From an uncultured Gemmatimonadales bacterium (GTDB lineage Bacteria > Gemmatimonadota > Gemmatimonadetes > Gemmatimonadales > GWC2-71-9), in NCBI GenBank assembly GCA_963728915.1, contig CAVSLV010000001.1:544001-608000 (forward strand): a stretch of 64,000 nucleotides of DNA, read 5' to 3'. Positions 18,407 to 28,467 of the stretch are shown here, piece after piece. A model generated the notes under the pieces. The model was given only the letters and a program-made list of their open reading frames with translations, searched no databases and was not told the DNA's origin. Both the position numbers and the translations under genes were made by a program. Position 1 is the stretch's first letter. Every line of letters begins with the position of its first letter.

Positions 18407-20360
18407 CCTGGCATCGGTTGGGTGTGGTGGCCCTGCTCCTCGGGATTGCCGGGTGCGGAGGGGGCAGCGAGGAGAAGGCCGGCGGCCTGCCCACCGCGAC
18501 AGTTCTGAGTCCTGAGAATACCAATCACCAGGGCGCCCGGTTTTCTCCCGACGGAAGCCGGGTAGCCTTCTGGACGCCAGGAGACAGTGGCTGGAACCTG
18601 GTGGTGGCGCACGCCGACCTTTCCAGCCAGCGGGTCGTGAGCGGACAGAATGTGCAGCAATGGGGAATCGTATGGTCCCCCGACAGCCGGCAGCTTGCCT
18701 TCGGCGCGAGCGGCGGAACCAGCACCGACATCATGGTCGTCGGGGCCGACACCGGGAGCGCCCGGCACCTGACCGAGGCGCCGGGAATTGAAGTGCCGGT
18801 GAGCTGGCATCCGCGGAACAATACGATGACGTATATCGCGACCGGCGCAGGCGGTTCGGTTCGCGGCTATTTCCTGGACCTCGCCACCGGAAAATCCACG
18901 GCGATTCCCGGCGATCCCTCCAACAACATCGCGGCCTGGTCGCCCGACGGCAGCAAGCTCGTGATGGCCCACTTCACCGGAGTCGCCTCGGCGTGGGTGG
19001 CCGACAGTGCTGGTGGGGAGCAGCGCAAGCTCACGCCCGAAGGTCTCGAGACCGACTTCAACTGGTCTCCCGACGGAACCGCGATCGCGTATGTCTCGAG
19101 GCGGACCGGCACCGGGGACATCTGGGTTGCCCCATTGAATGGAGGGCCGCCGCGTCAGCTCACCCGCGACATCCGGAACGACATCGCTCCGCGCTGGTCG
19201 CCGGATGGCAAATGGATCGCCTTCGTCTCCCAGCGGGGCCGCCAGACCGATATCTGGGTGGTGCCGTCGGCCGGCGGGACGGAGGTGCGGGTGACCGACG
19301 ACCCGGCCGAGGAAGCCAATATTCAGTGGGTCGGGAAGAGCAATGTGCTCGCCTACCATACTGGCATCGCGGGTCAGTCCATCTGGACCATCTCGATCGA
19401 CGACGGCAAGGAGCATCGGCTCACCCCCGATTCGCTGCGGGTGGTCAACCCGTTTCCATCGCCCGACGGGAAGGAGGTCGTGTTCCAGGTCGCCAGGGCG
19501 GTGGGGTGAGCGATATCCAGGTGATGCCGATGACCGGTGGGACTGCGAGGACGCTGGTCGGACGGAGCTTCAATAACCAGAATCCCAACTGGTCTCCGGA
19601 CGGGAAGTTCATCGTCTATCAGTCGAATCGCGCGGGGAACGTGGACCTCTGGGTGATTCCGGCGGCAGGGGGCGAGGCGCGCCAGCTCACGACGTTTCCC
19701 ACCGACGAAAGCCTCGGGGAGTGGTCGGCCGACAGCAAGTTCGTGTACTTCACGTCGAACTACGATGCGGCGCCGTTTGCCGATGTCTGGAAGGTGCCGG
19801 TCGAGGGCGGCGGCGCGGTCCGGGTCACCAAGACCGGCAGCGTCAACTCGCTCGCGGTGAGCCTGGTGAGTCCCGATATCTTCGTGATTTCGGTCAGTGG
19901 GAAGGGAGGGCAATCGGTGCTGGGACGAGTCCGGCCGAACGGAGGTATCGAGACCCTCTGGGACAAGAGCGAGGTTCCCGCGGGCCTCTCGTGGCTCGGG
20001 CTGACCCCGAAAGGCGACACCTTTGCGATCAACGCCCGATTGCCCGGTGGAGGGATCGGAAGCTACCTGGTCTCCACCAGGACGGGCGGGTCGCGCCAGA
20101 TCCTCGGCAAAGGTGAACAGATCGGAGACTATTCCTTCGACGGACGATGGCTGGCCTACTGGATCGGCACCGCGACGGTGGATATCGGACTGATCGACAT
20201 GAAGGACGGCTCGACCCGGCGGCTCACCACCTCGCCCGAGAGTGAAGTGTCCTACTGGTGGACCGCGGACAACAAGACGATCCTGTTCGCTCGGCAGTCG
20301 CTGAACCGGCGGATCGCAACGGTGGACCTGACCGAGCTGCTGGCCAGGAGCACGCACTAG
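18403..20360 (+). CDS. Lipoprotein with many PD40/TolB-like repeats (tandem beta-propellers), one frameshift at about 19497
   Basis: Lipobox IAGC; WSPDG repeats in ORF 18403..19509 continue in ORF ..20360; adding one G to GGG 19496-19498 gives VARGGGVSDIQ. Confidence 0.87.
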
Positions 20361-20591
20361 CTCGGATCCTGCCCGCTTTCCAGGGTGGAAGAAACCTTCA
20401 CGTTCGGGTTCGATGTGAAGTTTGGAACCGGCCGTGCGGGTTACCGGAAAAGAGCTACATTCTCGCTCGCACACCTTGGTGAACTCGGCGTCCGCCGATG
20501 CTTCACTCCATTCCAGGGATCGTCGGGACTTGCGCGGGCCTCCCCGGAGCCCGTCCCGTCCTATCGCCCTTACCTCGCAGTGGGAGGTTTC

Positions 20592-21440
20592 ATGCGCCAC
20601 CTCGTACGTCTGGCCATCGTTTCCCTTGGAACGATGGTCCCCGCAGTGCTTTCTGCTCAGGGCACCCCGCCCGCCATGCCGGCCTTCAACGTCCTCACGG
20701 TCTATCGCGAGACGGTCAAACCCGGGAAGGGAGCAGGCCATGATGCCATGGAAGAGGCCTGGTCCCGAGCCATGGCGGCCACCAAAGATCCGACCCCGTA
20801 CCTGGCCATCACGGCGATGAGCGGCCCGGCCGAGAACTGGTACCTCAGCGCGTACCCCACCTGGGCAGAGTATGAGAAGGCCAACAAAGCGGGCCAGGCC
20901 CCGGCCCCCACCGCGATCAGCAAGCAGTACTCCTCGCAGGAAGGCGAATACCTGAGCGATGGTCGCGGCATGGTGCTCCGGTACCGGGAAGACCTGAGCT
21001 ATGGCGGTCCCGCGGATCTGCCGGCGAGCCGGTATTTTTCGATCAACAGGATCTCGGTTCGCCCCGGGCATGATGCCGAGTTCGTCGAGAACCGCAAAAT
21101 GATCAAGGCGGCCCACGAAAGTGCGAAGCTCGCGGACAAGTTCTCGGTGTGGCAAGCCGCTGCCGGCGCCCCGACGGGGACCTATTTCGTTTTTATCGCC
21201 ATGAAGTCGTTGGGGGAGATCGATGAAGGGGCCGCGGTCCACGGCGCCGCCTACCAGGCGGCCCTGGGAGGTCCCGACGCACAGAAGAAGCTGGCGGCCA
21301 ACGCGGCTTCGGCCGTCATCAGCTCCCAGACGGATCTCTTTGCGTTCGCCCCGCAGCAGAGCATCGCTCCGCCGGACTGGGTGACCGCCGATCCGGGGTA
21401 CTGGAAGCGCAAGCCGGCCATGGCAAAGAAGGCGCCGTAG
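20592..21440 (+). CDS. Hypothetical exported protein with internal duplication (NIPSNAP/dimeric alpha+beta barrel-like)
   Basis: GGAGG RBS; signal peptide; two similar halves (VKPGKGAGHD / VRPGHDAEF). Confidence 0.75.
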   Translation: MRHLVRLAIVSLGTMVPAVLSAQGTPPAMPAFNVLTVYRETVKPGKGAGHDAMEEAWSRAMAATKDPTPYLAITAMSGPAENWYLSAYPTWAEYEKANKAGQAPAPTAISKQYSSQEGEYLSDGRGMVLRYREDLSYGGPADLPASRYFSINRISVRPGHDAEFVENRKMIKAAHESAKLADKFSVWQAAAGAPTGTYFVFIAMKSLGEIDEGAAVHGAAYQAALGGPDAQKKLAANAASAVISSQTDLFAFAPQQSIAPPDWVTADPGYWKRKPAMAKKAP

Positions 21441-21460
21441 GAAGGAACCGGAGAAAACGC

Positions 21461-21488
21461 AGGCGGCCGCCGGGGCGGCCGCCTTTCG
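21461..21488. terminator. Intrinsic terminator hairpin between convergent genes
   Basis: AGGCGGCCGC-cggg-GCGGCCGCCT perfect 10-bp stem, with TT downstream and AAAA a few bases upstream. Confidence 0.75.
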
Positions 21489-21490
21489 TG

Positions 21491-22141
21491 CTACTGAATC
21501 ACGAAGGTATCGAAGCCGTCCCCGCTCACCGTGATCTTGAACCAGTTGCCCGCCGGCTCGAAGGTGAATTCCCCGGAGACGCCATTGAACACAAAATCAG
21601 ACGTTCCGGACACCTTGTAGCCCCCGTTGCTCACGTCTGCGGTGATGTTCACCGAGCTGACGCTGGCATCGTTACCGCGCGTATCAGTGTGGGTGGTGAA
21701 GCTGCCGTTGGTGATGCTGATGACGGAAGGACCGGTCTGGGTGATCACCGCCGACCCGGACGCCGTCTCGGGCGCTCCGCCCGTGATGCCGGTGAGGGTG
21801 AAGTTGGCACCCCCCGCGAGTCCCAGACTCTGATTGATGAAGATCAACCGTCCCTGCACCTGGGTCTCCAGGCTCCCATCGCCGTCGACGTCCACTCCGA
21901 GGCTGCCCTGCACCCCGCCGGCGATCGGGGTGAGGGTGACGCCGGTCTGGCTCTGTCCACTGGCCGCGAGCACGAGCCGCTGGATGGCGTTGGAGAATCC
22001 CGCTAGGTTGTTGCCGAATGCATCTTCGAGTTGCTGCTTGAAGTCTTCGACGTCAACATTGCCATTGTCGGTGCTGCTGGTGCAGCTTCCTCCAGTGAGC
22101 GCGAGCCCCATGCCGATGGCCGCCATCCAGTTTCGTCTCAT
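21491..22141 (-). CDS. Hypothetical Gly/Thr/Ser-rich beta-strand putative lipoprotein
   Basis: GAGGGAG RBS; signal peptide ending GGSC; ATG 22141. Confidence 0.72.
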   Translation of the reverse strand: MRRNWMAAIGMGLALTGGSCTSSTDNGNVDVEDFKQQLEDAFGNNLAGFSNAIQRLVLAASGQSQTGVTLTPIAGGVQGSLGVDVDGDGSLETQVQGRLIFINQSLGLAGGANFTLTGITGGAPETASGSAVITQTGPSVISITNGSFTTHTDTRGNDASVSSVNITADVSNGGYKVSGTSDFVFNGVSGEFTFEPAGNWFKITVSGDGFDTFVIQ

Positions 22142-22221
22142 ACTCCCTCGCCGTCCCAGGGCTTGACCGACCGTCTCGACTGCCGAAGAATCTACTGCCT
22201 CCCGGTGCGGGGGGAAGAGCG

Positions 22222-24742
22222 GTGACTCCCGGCTTGATCGATCGGTTCGCGGCCAGCCTGGTTCGGCGCCGGTGGCGCTGGGCGGCCGCCGCCACGCTTC
22301 TCCTTCTCCTCGCCCTCGCCATCGGGTCCCGTCTTTCGGTACGGTTCGAAATGGCTGACTGGTTGCCAAGGTCAGCCGATCGAAACAGCCCGCCCCTCCC
22401 TCCGGCCCTCGGAGGGGCGGATCGGGTGGTGGTGGCGGTGGATTCCAGGACGCCGCTGCTTCCCGCTGCCGACGGCCCCCTGCTCGATTCGCTTGCCGTC
22501 CGGCTGGGCCGGATCCCCGGGGTAAAACGGGTCGACTATCGGCTCGATCCGGCGCTCAGACGCTTCCTCGAGGTGGAGTCGCCCCGCCACCTCATGCTCT
22601 ACTTCAGCCCTGCCGAGCTGGACACGATCGGCTCGCACCTGAGCCGGTCCTACCTGGAGCGTGCCCTGCTTGGCACAGGGGATCCCGTTCCGCGAACCCC
22701 GCTCGCCGTCGCCCTGGGCGTCGAGCACACCGATCCCCTCGGGGTGGTGGATCCCGTGCTCCAGCGGCTCAGGCGAATGCGTGGGCTCCCTCAGATCACC
22801 GTGGTGGACGGCTACTTCGCAGTTCCAGACCAGCGGGCCTTCTTTCTGCTGGTCGAGCCGGATCAAATCCTCGGCGGAATCGCCTCGGCCAGGGAGCGGG
22901 CCCGTGCCATCCAGCAGGTGCTCGAGCAGACTCGGGAAGATCCCGAACTCCGGCCAATGCTCGAGGGCAAGCGGCTCCTTGCCCTGGGCCGGCCGGTCGC
23001 GGTCCTGGAAGGGTTCAACACCGCGTTGAGCGACGGGCGCCGAGTCGTAGTGGCCTCGAGCCTGATCGTGCTGCTCCTGCTGCTCGTGTTGCTGCGGCGC
23101 CTGGCCGCCCCGCTCTTCATCGTGGGCACCGTGCTCTACGGCATTGTCCTGACCACGGCGGTTGCGGCCCTCCTGTTCGGCTCGGTGGGAGTCGTGAGCT
23201 GGGTGTTCATTGCGGTGCTGATCGGTTTCGGAGACGAGTTCGCCCTCTACGTCCTGACCCACTACTGGATCACGGCGCCTCCGAGCGCCGATCGCGCCTC
23301 CGCTCTGGCCGCCGCGCTTCGGCGGCCCGGACCGGGCATCCTGCTTGGCGGGCTCACCACCGCGGCCGCATTTGCCTGCCTGGTGGTGATGTCGTACCCG
23401 GCGCTGGTGGAAGTCGCCTGGATCACCACCATCGGGCTGGCCATCGTGCTGGGCTGCGCCTTCACGGTGCTGCCACTCGCGCTGGCATTCACCAAGCCCG
23501 GAAGGGAGAGTGGATCGCGCTGGTATCGCTGGACCGGCGCGGCCCATCAGGTGGGCCGGAACCGTCCCGGGGTATGGCTCGCTGGCTGGGCCGCGGTCAT
23601 CGCGGTTTCGGTGGTGCTGGCGAGCAAGGTTCGTTTCGAGCTGCATCCCTGGAAGCTGGCGGTCAGAGGAATCCCGGTCACCCGCGAGTTCGAACAGCTT
23701 TCGCAGCGGCTGGGCGCCTCCTTCACCCCGTTCCAGATGGTCTCGGTGGGCAGGACGCCAGAGGAGGCTCTCTCAAGGGACCGCGCCGCCGTGGCGGCGC
23801 TGGACTCGATCGGGCCCCGGGCCGGAGTGGCCGGTGTGATCTCCCTGTCGCGATGGCTTCCGGACTCGGGCCAGCAGGCCGCGAGTGCGGCGTTCGTCCA
23901 GCAGCATGCCGATCTGTTTTCGTCGGGGCGATTCGGTCGCGACTTCCTCGCGGTCGCTTCCCGAATGCCGAAGCGGGATACCCTCCTCACCGGCTCGCTA
24001 CCTGCCCGCGGTGAGCCGCTACCTGGTCCGGCAGGAGCCCGTCACCCTGGAGACGCTCCGGTCGGCCGGGCTGGGCGATTTCGTGGACCGCCACCTGCAC
24101 CGGGTGGGAAACACCTGGTACGTGGCTTCGGAGGTCTTTCCCACCAAGATTCCCTGGATCGGCGGGGTGGTCGAGCGATTCACCGGGGCGATTGCGCAAG
24201 CCGGAAGCCCGGCGCTGGCGCAGGTCCGCTTTGCCGGTGAGGCGCTCCGCGGAGCCACCCACGCCGCCATCCTGCGGAAGGACATGCTGACCGCTACCGG
24301 GTTAGGGGTCTCGCTCATTCTCCTCCTCCTTCTCCTCCGGTTTCGCCGTCCGGTCCCGATCCTGGTCTGTCTGCTGCCGATGGTGGCCGGGATCGCGGTC
24401 GTGCTCGGGCTCATGGGACTCTTCGGCATCGAGCTGAACCTTCTCACCATGGCCATCGTCCCGCTGCTCGCCGGACTGGGGTCGGACGACGGCATTCACA
24501 TCGTGGACCGGCTCGAGCGCGGTGAATCGGTGACCGAGGCGCTGGCGGAGACCGGAACGCCCATGACCATCACCACCGTGACGACCATCGGCGGATTCGC
24601 GAGCCTCGGGGTGGCGCGGTTTCCCGGGTTAGGGCAGGCCGGTCTTCTCCTGGCGGCCGGACTCCTGGTCTGCCTCGCCGCGTCGCTGCAGCTGGTCCCC
24701 CTGGCCTATCAGATCACGGCCCGGAGGCGGAGCAAGGGATGA
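22222..24742 (+). CDS. MMPL/RND-superfamily lipid exporter, one frameshift at about 23992
   Basis: Two MMPL-like halves (LIGFGDEF; LAGLGSDDGIH; TTIGGFASL). Removing one G at 23992-23993 joins ORFs 22222..24240 and 23885..24742. Confidence 0.85.
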
Positions 24743-24743
24743 C

Positions 24744-25497
24744 ATGAGACGGGTCTCCTGGCTGGTCATGCTCGCGGCCGTGGGGTCCGTGGCCACCGGC
24801 GGCCATCGGGCTGCCGGTGGCTCCCCGGGCAACTCTCAGGATTTCTCCCCGACGACTGGTTGGGAGCGAAGATTTCGTGCATAACGGGGGTGGCCGGATC
24901 GTGAGCGAGCCGGCCGGGATCGACTGCCGGTTCGCCGCAAACCTTCCCACCACCAGGCCGCCGAAGCTGAGCGGCGCCTGTGAGGCGCGCTTTCCCCGGG
25001 GATCCAGGGTTCGCCTCGTCGGAACCCCGGACCAGAGCTCGGCCGGGGTGGAGTGGGATGCGGGACGGGTCCCGAACATCAGGTGGTTCGAGGGGGGAAC
25101 CAGTATCGCGGGATGCCCGGAGGCGCTTCCGTGCGAGGTGGAGCTCGATCGGTCCAGGCTCGACCTGCGCGCCTCCTTCAAGCTGCGAGTGCTGACCTAC
25201 TCGGTGCAGAATGAGCCCGGCGGTCTGGGTCATGTGCAACAGGTTGAGCCCGGCGCGGGAAGGGAATCGATCTATTGCGGGAAGGCGCGGCGGGGCAGGG
25301 ATGAAGTCTGCGAGAACTCGGAATACTATGGCCAGCAGGTGCATTTCAACCTGATACCCGACCGGCCGGGCAAGGGAGTCCGGCTTCTCTCCCACTGCAC
25401 GCCAGTGGCGGACCCGCCACCCTGGACCGGGGTGGGCACCTGTTCGACCCTGATCGACGGGCCCGACATCGTGATCACGGTCCACTGGCAGGATTAG
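24744..25497 (+). CDS. Exported Cys-rich protein with divergent InlB B-repeat (Flg_new_2-like) domain; signal peptide out of frame at about 24798
   Basis: GGGRIVSEPAGIDC...GACEARFPRGSRVRLVGTP resembles the divergent InlB B-repeat; signal MRRVSWLVMLAAVGSVAT starts at ATG 24744 in another frame. Confidence 0.6.
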
Positions 25498-25699
25498 CTC
25501 CCCGGCGACGGAACTTGGGCCTGGCTGCGGCCAAGTTCGCCAGCGCATTCTCAAATGCGGGGAAAAGGGGGGCGACGGGGCCCTGTTCGCGATCAGCGTG
25601 AAGGTCGGTCCGGCAGGGACGTCCTCCTGAACAAGGTGATCGAGCCGAGCGAAACCGGCGCCCCATCCCGGGATACCCAGATCGAGAAAGGATCAAGCC

Positions 25700-26191
25700 A
25701 TGATCAGCACCAGAATCGTGCCCTGCCTCTGGTTCGATGACCAGGCCGAACAGGCGGCGAACTACTATGTCGGCATCTTCCCGAATTCGCGGATCCAGGG
25801 AATCACCCGCTACGGCAAGGCGGGCTTCGAGGTGCATCACCGGCCCGAAGGCTCGGTGATGCTGGTGCAGTTCGAGCTCGATGGTCAGCCATTCACGGCG
25901 CTCAACGGCGGTCCGGTCTTCAAGTTCAACGAGGCGGTTTCGTTCCAGGTCCTGTGCGAGGACCAGCGGGAGATCGATCGCTACTGGGAAAAGCTGACCG
26001 CCGGGGGCGATCCCAACGCCCAGCAGTGCGGCTGGCTCAAGGACAAATTCGGCCTGTCGTGGCAGGTGGTGCCGAAACAGATGCCGGACCTGAGCAGTCC
26101 GGGTGGACAGCGCGCGATGGAGGCCTTCCTCAAGATGAAGAAGATCGATATGGCCGAACTGGAGCGAGTGGCCGGCGTCCTGGCCCGCTAG
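25700..26191 (+). CDS. VOC/PhnB-like (3-demethylubiquinone-9 3-methyltransferase family) protein
   Basis: PCLWFDDQAEQAA, ALNGGPVFKFNEAVSF, CGWLKDKFGLSWQVVP. Confidence 0.93.
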   Translation: MISTRIVPCLWFDDQAEQAANYYVGIFPNSRIQGITRYGKAGFEVHHRPEGSVMLVQFELDGQPFTALNGGPVFKFNEAVSFQVLCEDQREIDRYWEKLTAGGDPNAQQCGWLKDKFGLSWQVVPKQMPDLSSPGGQRAMEAFLKMKKIDMAELERVAGVLAR

Positions 26192-26667
26192 CGGGAGGAC
26201 AGAAAGGGCGAGAGGGGCTGGGGGTTGCTGACCAGGAGAATGAGGTCGAGGTTCTCGGCGCCGGGCTTAGGGTCCCAATGGACGTAGGTAGGGAGGCCGA
26301 GGACCGGATCGAGAGTGAAGGTGACCCGTTCCCAGGTATGGTCGGTTTGGGCCTGGCGAACGACCTCGAACAGATCTTCCACCGTGTGATACCGTTCGAG
26401 ACGCTGATCGGTGATGATCGCCAGCGTTCCGAGCAGGATCACCCGCTTGATGGTGTCGTTCACCACTTCGATCCGGGCCCGTCCCCGCAGGGAGGGTGGA
26501 CAATCGCAGATGTGCACCACGTCGATGCTGTAGTCCCGGTATCCCCGGGCGGCCCATTGCTGGGCGGCGACATCGAGGCGCGCCGCGTCCTCGGGAGAAA
26601 GAGGGAGCTCGGTGCACGCCGGCAGCAGAATCGCGGCCGAGAGGGCCATCGCGCGCAGCTTGTCCAT
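26188..26667 (-). CDS. DUF6174-like lipoprotein
   Basis: Lipobox LPAC; W...DY...CDC...TVEDLF...DPVLGLP pattern. Confidence 0.7.
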   Translation of the reverse strand: MDKLRAMALSAAILLPACTELPLSPEDAARLDVAAQQWAARGYRDYSIDVVHICDCPPSLRGRARIEVVNDTIKRVILLGTLAIITDQRLERYHTVEDLFEVVRQAQTDHTWERVTFTLDPVLGLPTYVHWDPKPGAENLDLILLVSNPQPLSPFLSSR

Positions 26668-26676
26668 CCAACCTCG

Positions 26677-27855
26677 CTAGCGGATCCGTCCCTGCAATGT
26701 ATCCCTGCTCCAGGGCCCGGGCTCCGCGATCAGGCCTCGCGCGGTATCCACCTGCCCCCAGGTGTTCCAGAGCAGTACCCCGCGGACCCGTCCCGCTCGC
26801 AGGTAGTACACCACGCCCTGCCGGAAGGGCTCGACCCAGTCGGCAACGGTTTCGAGCCGGGGGTCCAGCTCCCCGACGGCCTCGTATCCCAGCTCGAAAA
26901 GATCCGAGTAAAAGAAGGGGAGGTGATCGTAGGGGGTGGGTTGCCCGGCCATGTTGAGGCCCGCGGTCCGGCCCATGGTATTGGCGTTATCCTCGTGCTC
27001 GACCCGAAGCCGCACGCCGAGGGCCGGGTTAGGAAAGCTGGCCACGTCGCCGGCGGCATAGATGCCGGCGTGGCTGGTGCGGCAGTACCGATCCACGACG
27101 ATGCCGTTATCGACCGAAAGGCCGGCCTGCTGCGCCAGCTCCACCGAGGGCGTGATCCCGAGTCCCGCGACGACCACCTCGGCTTCGAGGGCCTCTCCCG
27201 TCGAGGTGCGCACGATGGTTTGCCTGCCGCGTCCGGTCACCTGCTCGACGCCGGCGCCGGTCCGCACCGTCACCCCTTTCTCGCGGTAGTAACCCACCAG
27301 GAACTGGGACAGATCGGCAGGGAAGATCCGGGCCCCGAGTCCCTCTTCGGGGAACACCATCGTGACCTCGGCCCCGCTGATCCGGAGTCCCGCCGCGACC
27401 TCGCTCCCGATGAACCCGCCGCCCACGACGATGACCCGTTCCTTCCGCTCGGCGTGCTTGCGGAGGTGCTGGTAGTCGGCCAGAGTGCGATAGTAGATCA
27501 CGTCGCCCTCCGCGCCCGGGAGCTGGCGCGGCACGCCACCGGTGGCGAGGAGGAGCTTCTGGTACTTATGGGATGCACCCGTGTCGTCGACCACGGTGGG
27601 GTCCGCCGGGTCGAGTTTGACCGCCCGACGCCCCAGGTGGAGCTCGGCGCCTTTTGTCTTGGCCGAGCTCCGCCAGATGCTTTCCACCGGATCGCCCTTC
27701 CAGAGCCCCTTGGAAAGGGGTGGGCGATTGTAGGGAGGATCGGGCTCGGCACCGATCACCCCGATGCTCCCTGCGGGATCGGCCTGTCGAATTCCTTCAA
27801 CGGCCGCATCGGCGGTCATTCCTGCGCCGACGATGAGGTATCGGTACTCCGGCAA
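26677..27855 (-). CDS. FAD/NAD(P)-dependent oxidoreductase (ferredoxin/monodehydroascorbate reductase, AIF-like)
   Basis: GAGMTA, PYNRPPLSK, LATGG, GGGFIGSE, YAAGDVA, RVEHEDNA, PFFYSD; TTG start at 27855. Confidence 0.92.
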   Translation of the reverse strand: MPEYRYLIVGAGMTADAAVEGIRQADPAGSIGVIGAEPDPPYNRPPLSKGLWKGDPVESIWRSSAKTKGAELHLGRRAVKLDPADPTVVDDTGASHKYQKLLLATGGVPRQLPGAEGDVIYYRTLADYQHLRKHAERKERVIVVGGGFIGSEVAAGLRISGAEVTMVFPEEGLGARIFPADLSQFLVGYYREKGVTVRTGAGVEQVTGRGRQTIVRTSTGEALEAEVVVAGLGITPSVELAQQAGLSVDNGIVVDRYCRTSHAGIYAAGDVASFPNPALGVRLRVEHEDNANTMGRTAGLNMAGQPTPYDHLPFFYSDLFELGYEAVGELDPRLETVADWVEPFRQGVVYYLRAGRVRGVLLWNTWGQVDTARGLIAEPGPWSRDTLQGRIR

Positions 27856-27857
27856 CG

Positions 27858-28376
27858 CTATTTGGCTCCCTTGGCCGGAACGAAGTTCTTGGGCAGGGGG
27901 GTTCCGGTCGCCTGACTCTGCACTTCGACGATGTCCCCCTTCATCGCGCCGAGCGCGCCCAGAAGCTCGTCCTGCTCCTGCTTCGGCACGTTGAACCCGT
28001 TGAGCGTCGTCACCAGGTCCTCCACCAGCGCGTTGAACTCGCCTTCGGTCACCCCCATGTTCTGATGGGCTTCCTTCATGGAACGGCCGGCATAGGTACA
28101 GGGCCCTCCGGTCTGAGCGCAGATCTGGTCCACCAGCATGGTCTTGACGCGGCCGACGTCGCTCTTGCCGAACTTCTTGTTGATCCGGGCATCCGCGGCG
28201 ACCCGGGCCACGAAGGAATCGACCACCGCGGTGATCGCGGTCTGACCGCCGAGGCGCTCGTACAGGGTCTTCGGCGCCGGTGCGGCGGCCTGGGTGGTGT
28301 CCGCCGCAGGTTGCTCCTTCTTGCCGCACGCCGCGAGTGGGATGACTCCGATGACCAGCCAGGCAAACCTGCTCAT
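27858..28376 (-). CDS. glbN: Group I (N) truncated hemoglobin, lipoprotein
   Basis: LYERLGG, GGP-x-x-Y-x-GRSMKEAH (proximal His F8), EFNALVEDL; lipobox LAAC. Confidence 0.9.
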   Translation of the reverse strand: MSRFAWLVIGVIPLAACGKKEQPAADTTQAAAPAPKTLYERLGGQTAITAVVDSFVARVAADARINKKFGKSDVGRVKTMLVDQICAQTGGPCTYAGRSMKEAHQNMGVTEGEFNALVEDLVTTLNGFNVPKQEQDELLGALGAMKGDIVEVQSQATGTPLPKNFVPAKGAK

Positions 28377-28467
28377 GGGGAACTCCGAGGGAGGAGGGAA
28401 GCGCATACGGTCGGCCCAAACCCCCCGGTTGTCAAGCGCAGCGCCCCCGGGTCACTGATGTTCAGGA

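Noticed and set aside
25510..25560. Hairpins GAACTTGG...CCAAGTTC and GCATT..AATGC as an ncRNA
   Set aside because: Short, lie just after a stop codon, and match no family I recognise; most simply transcript-end structure.
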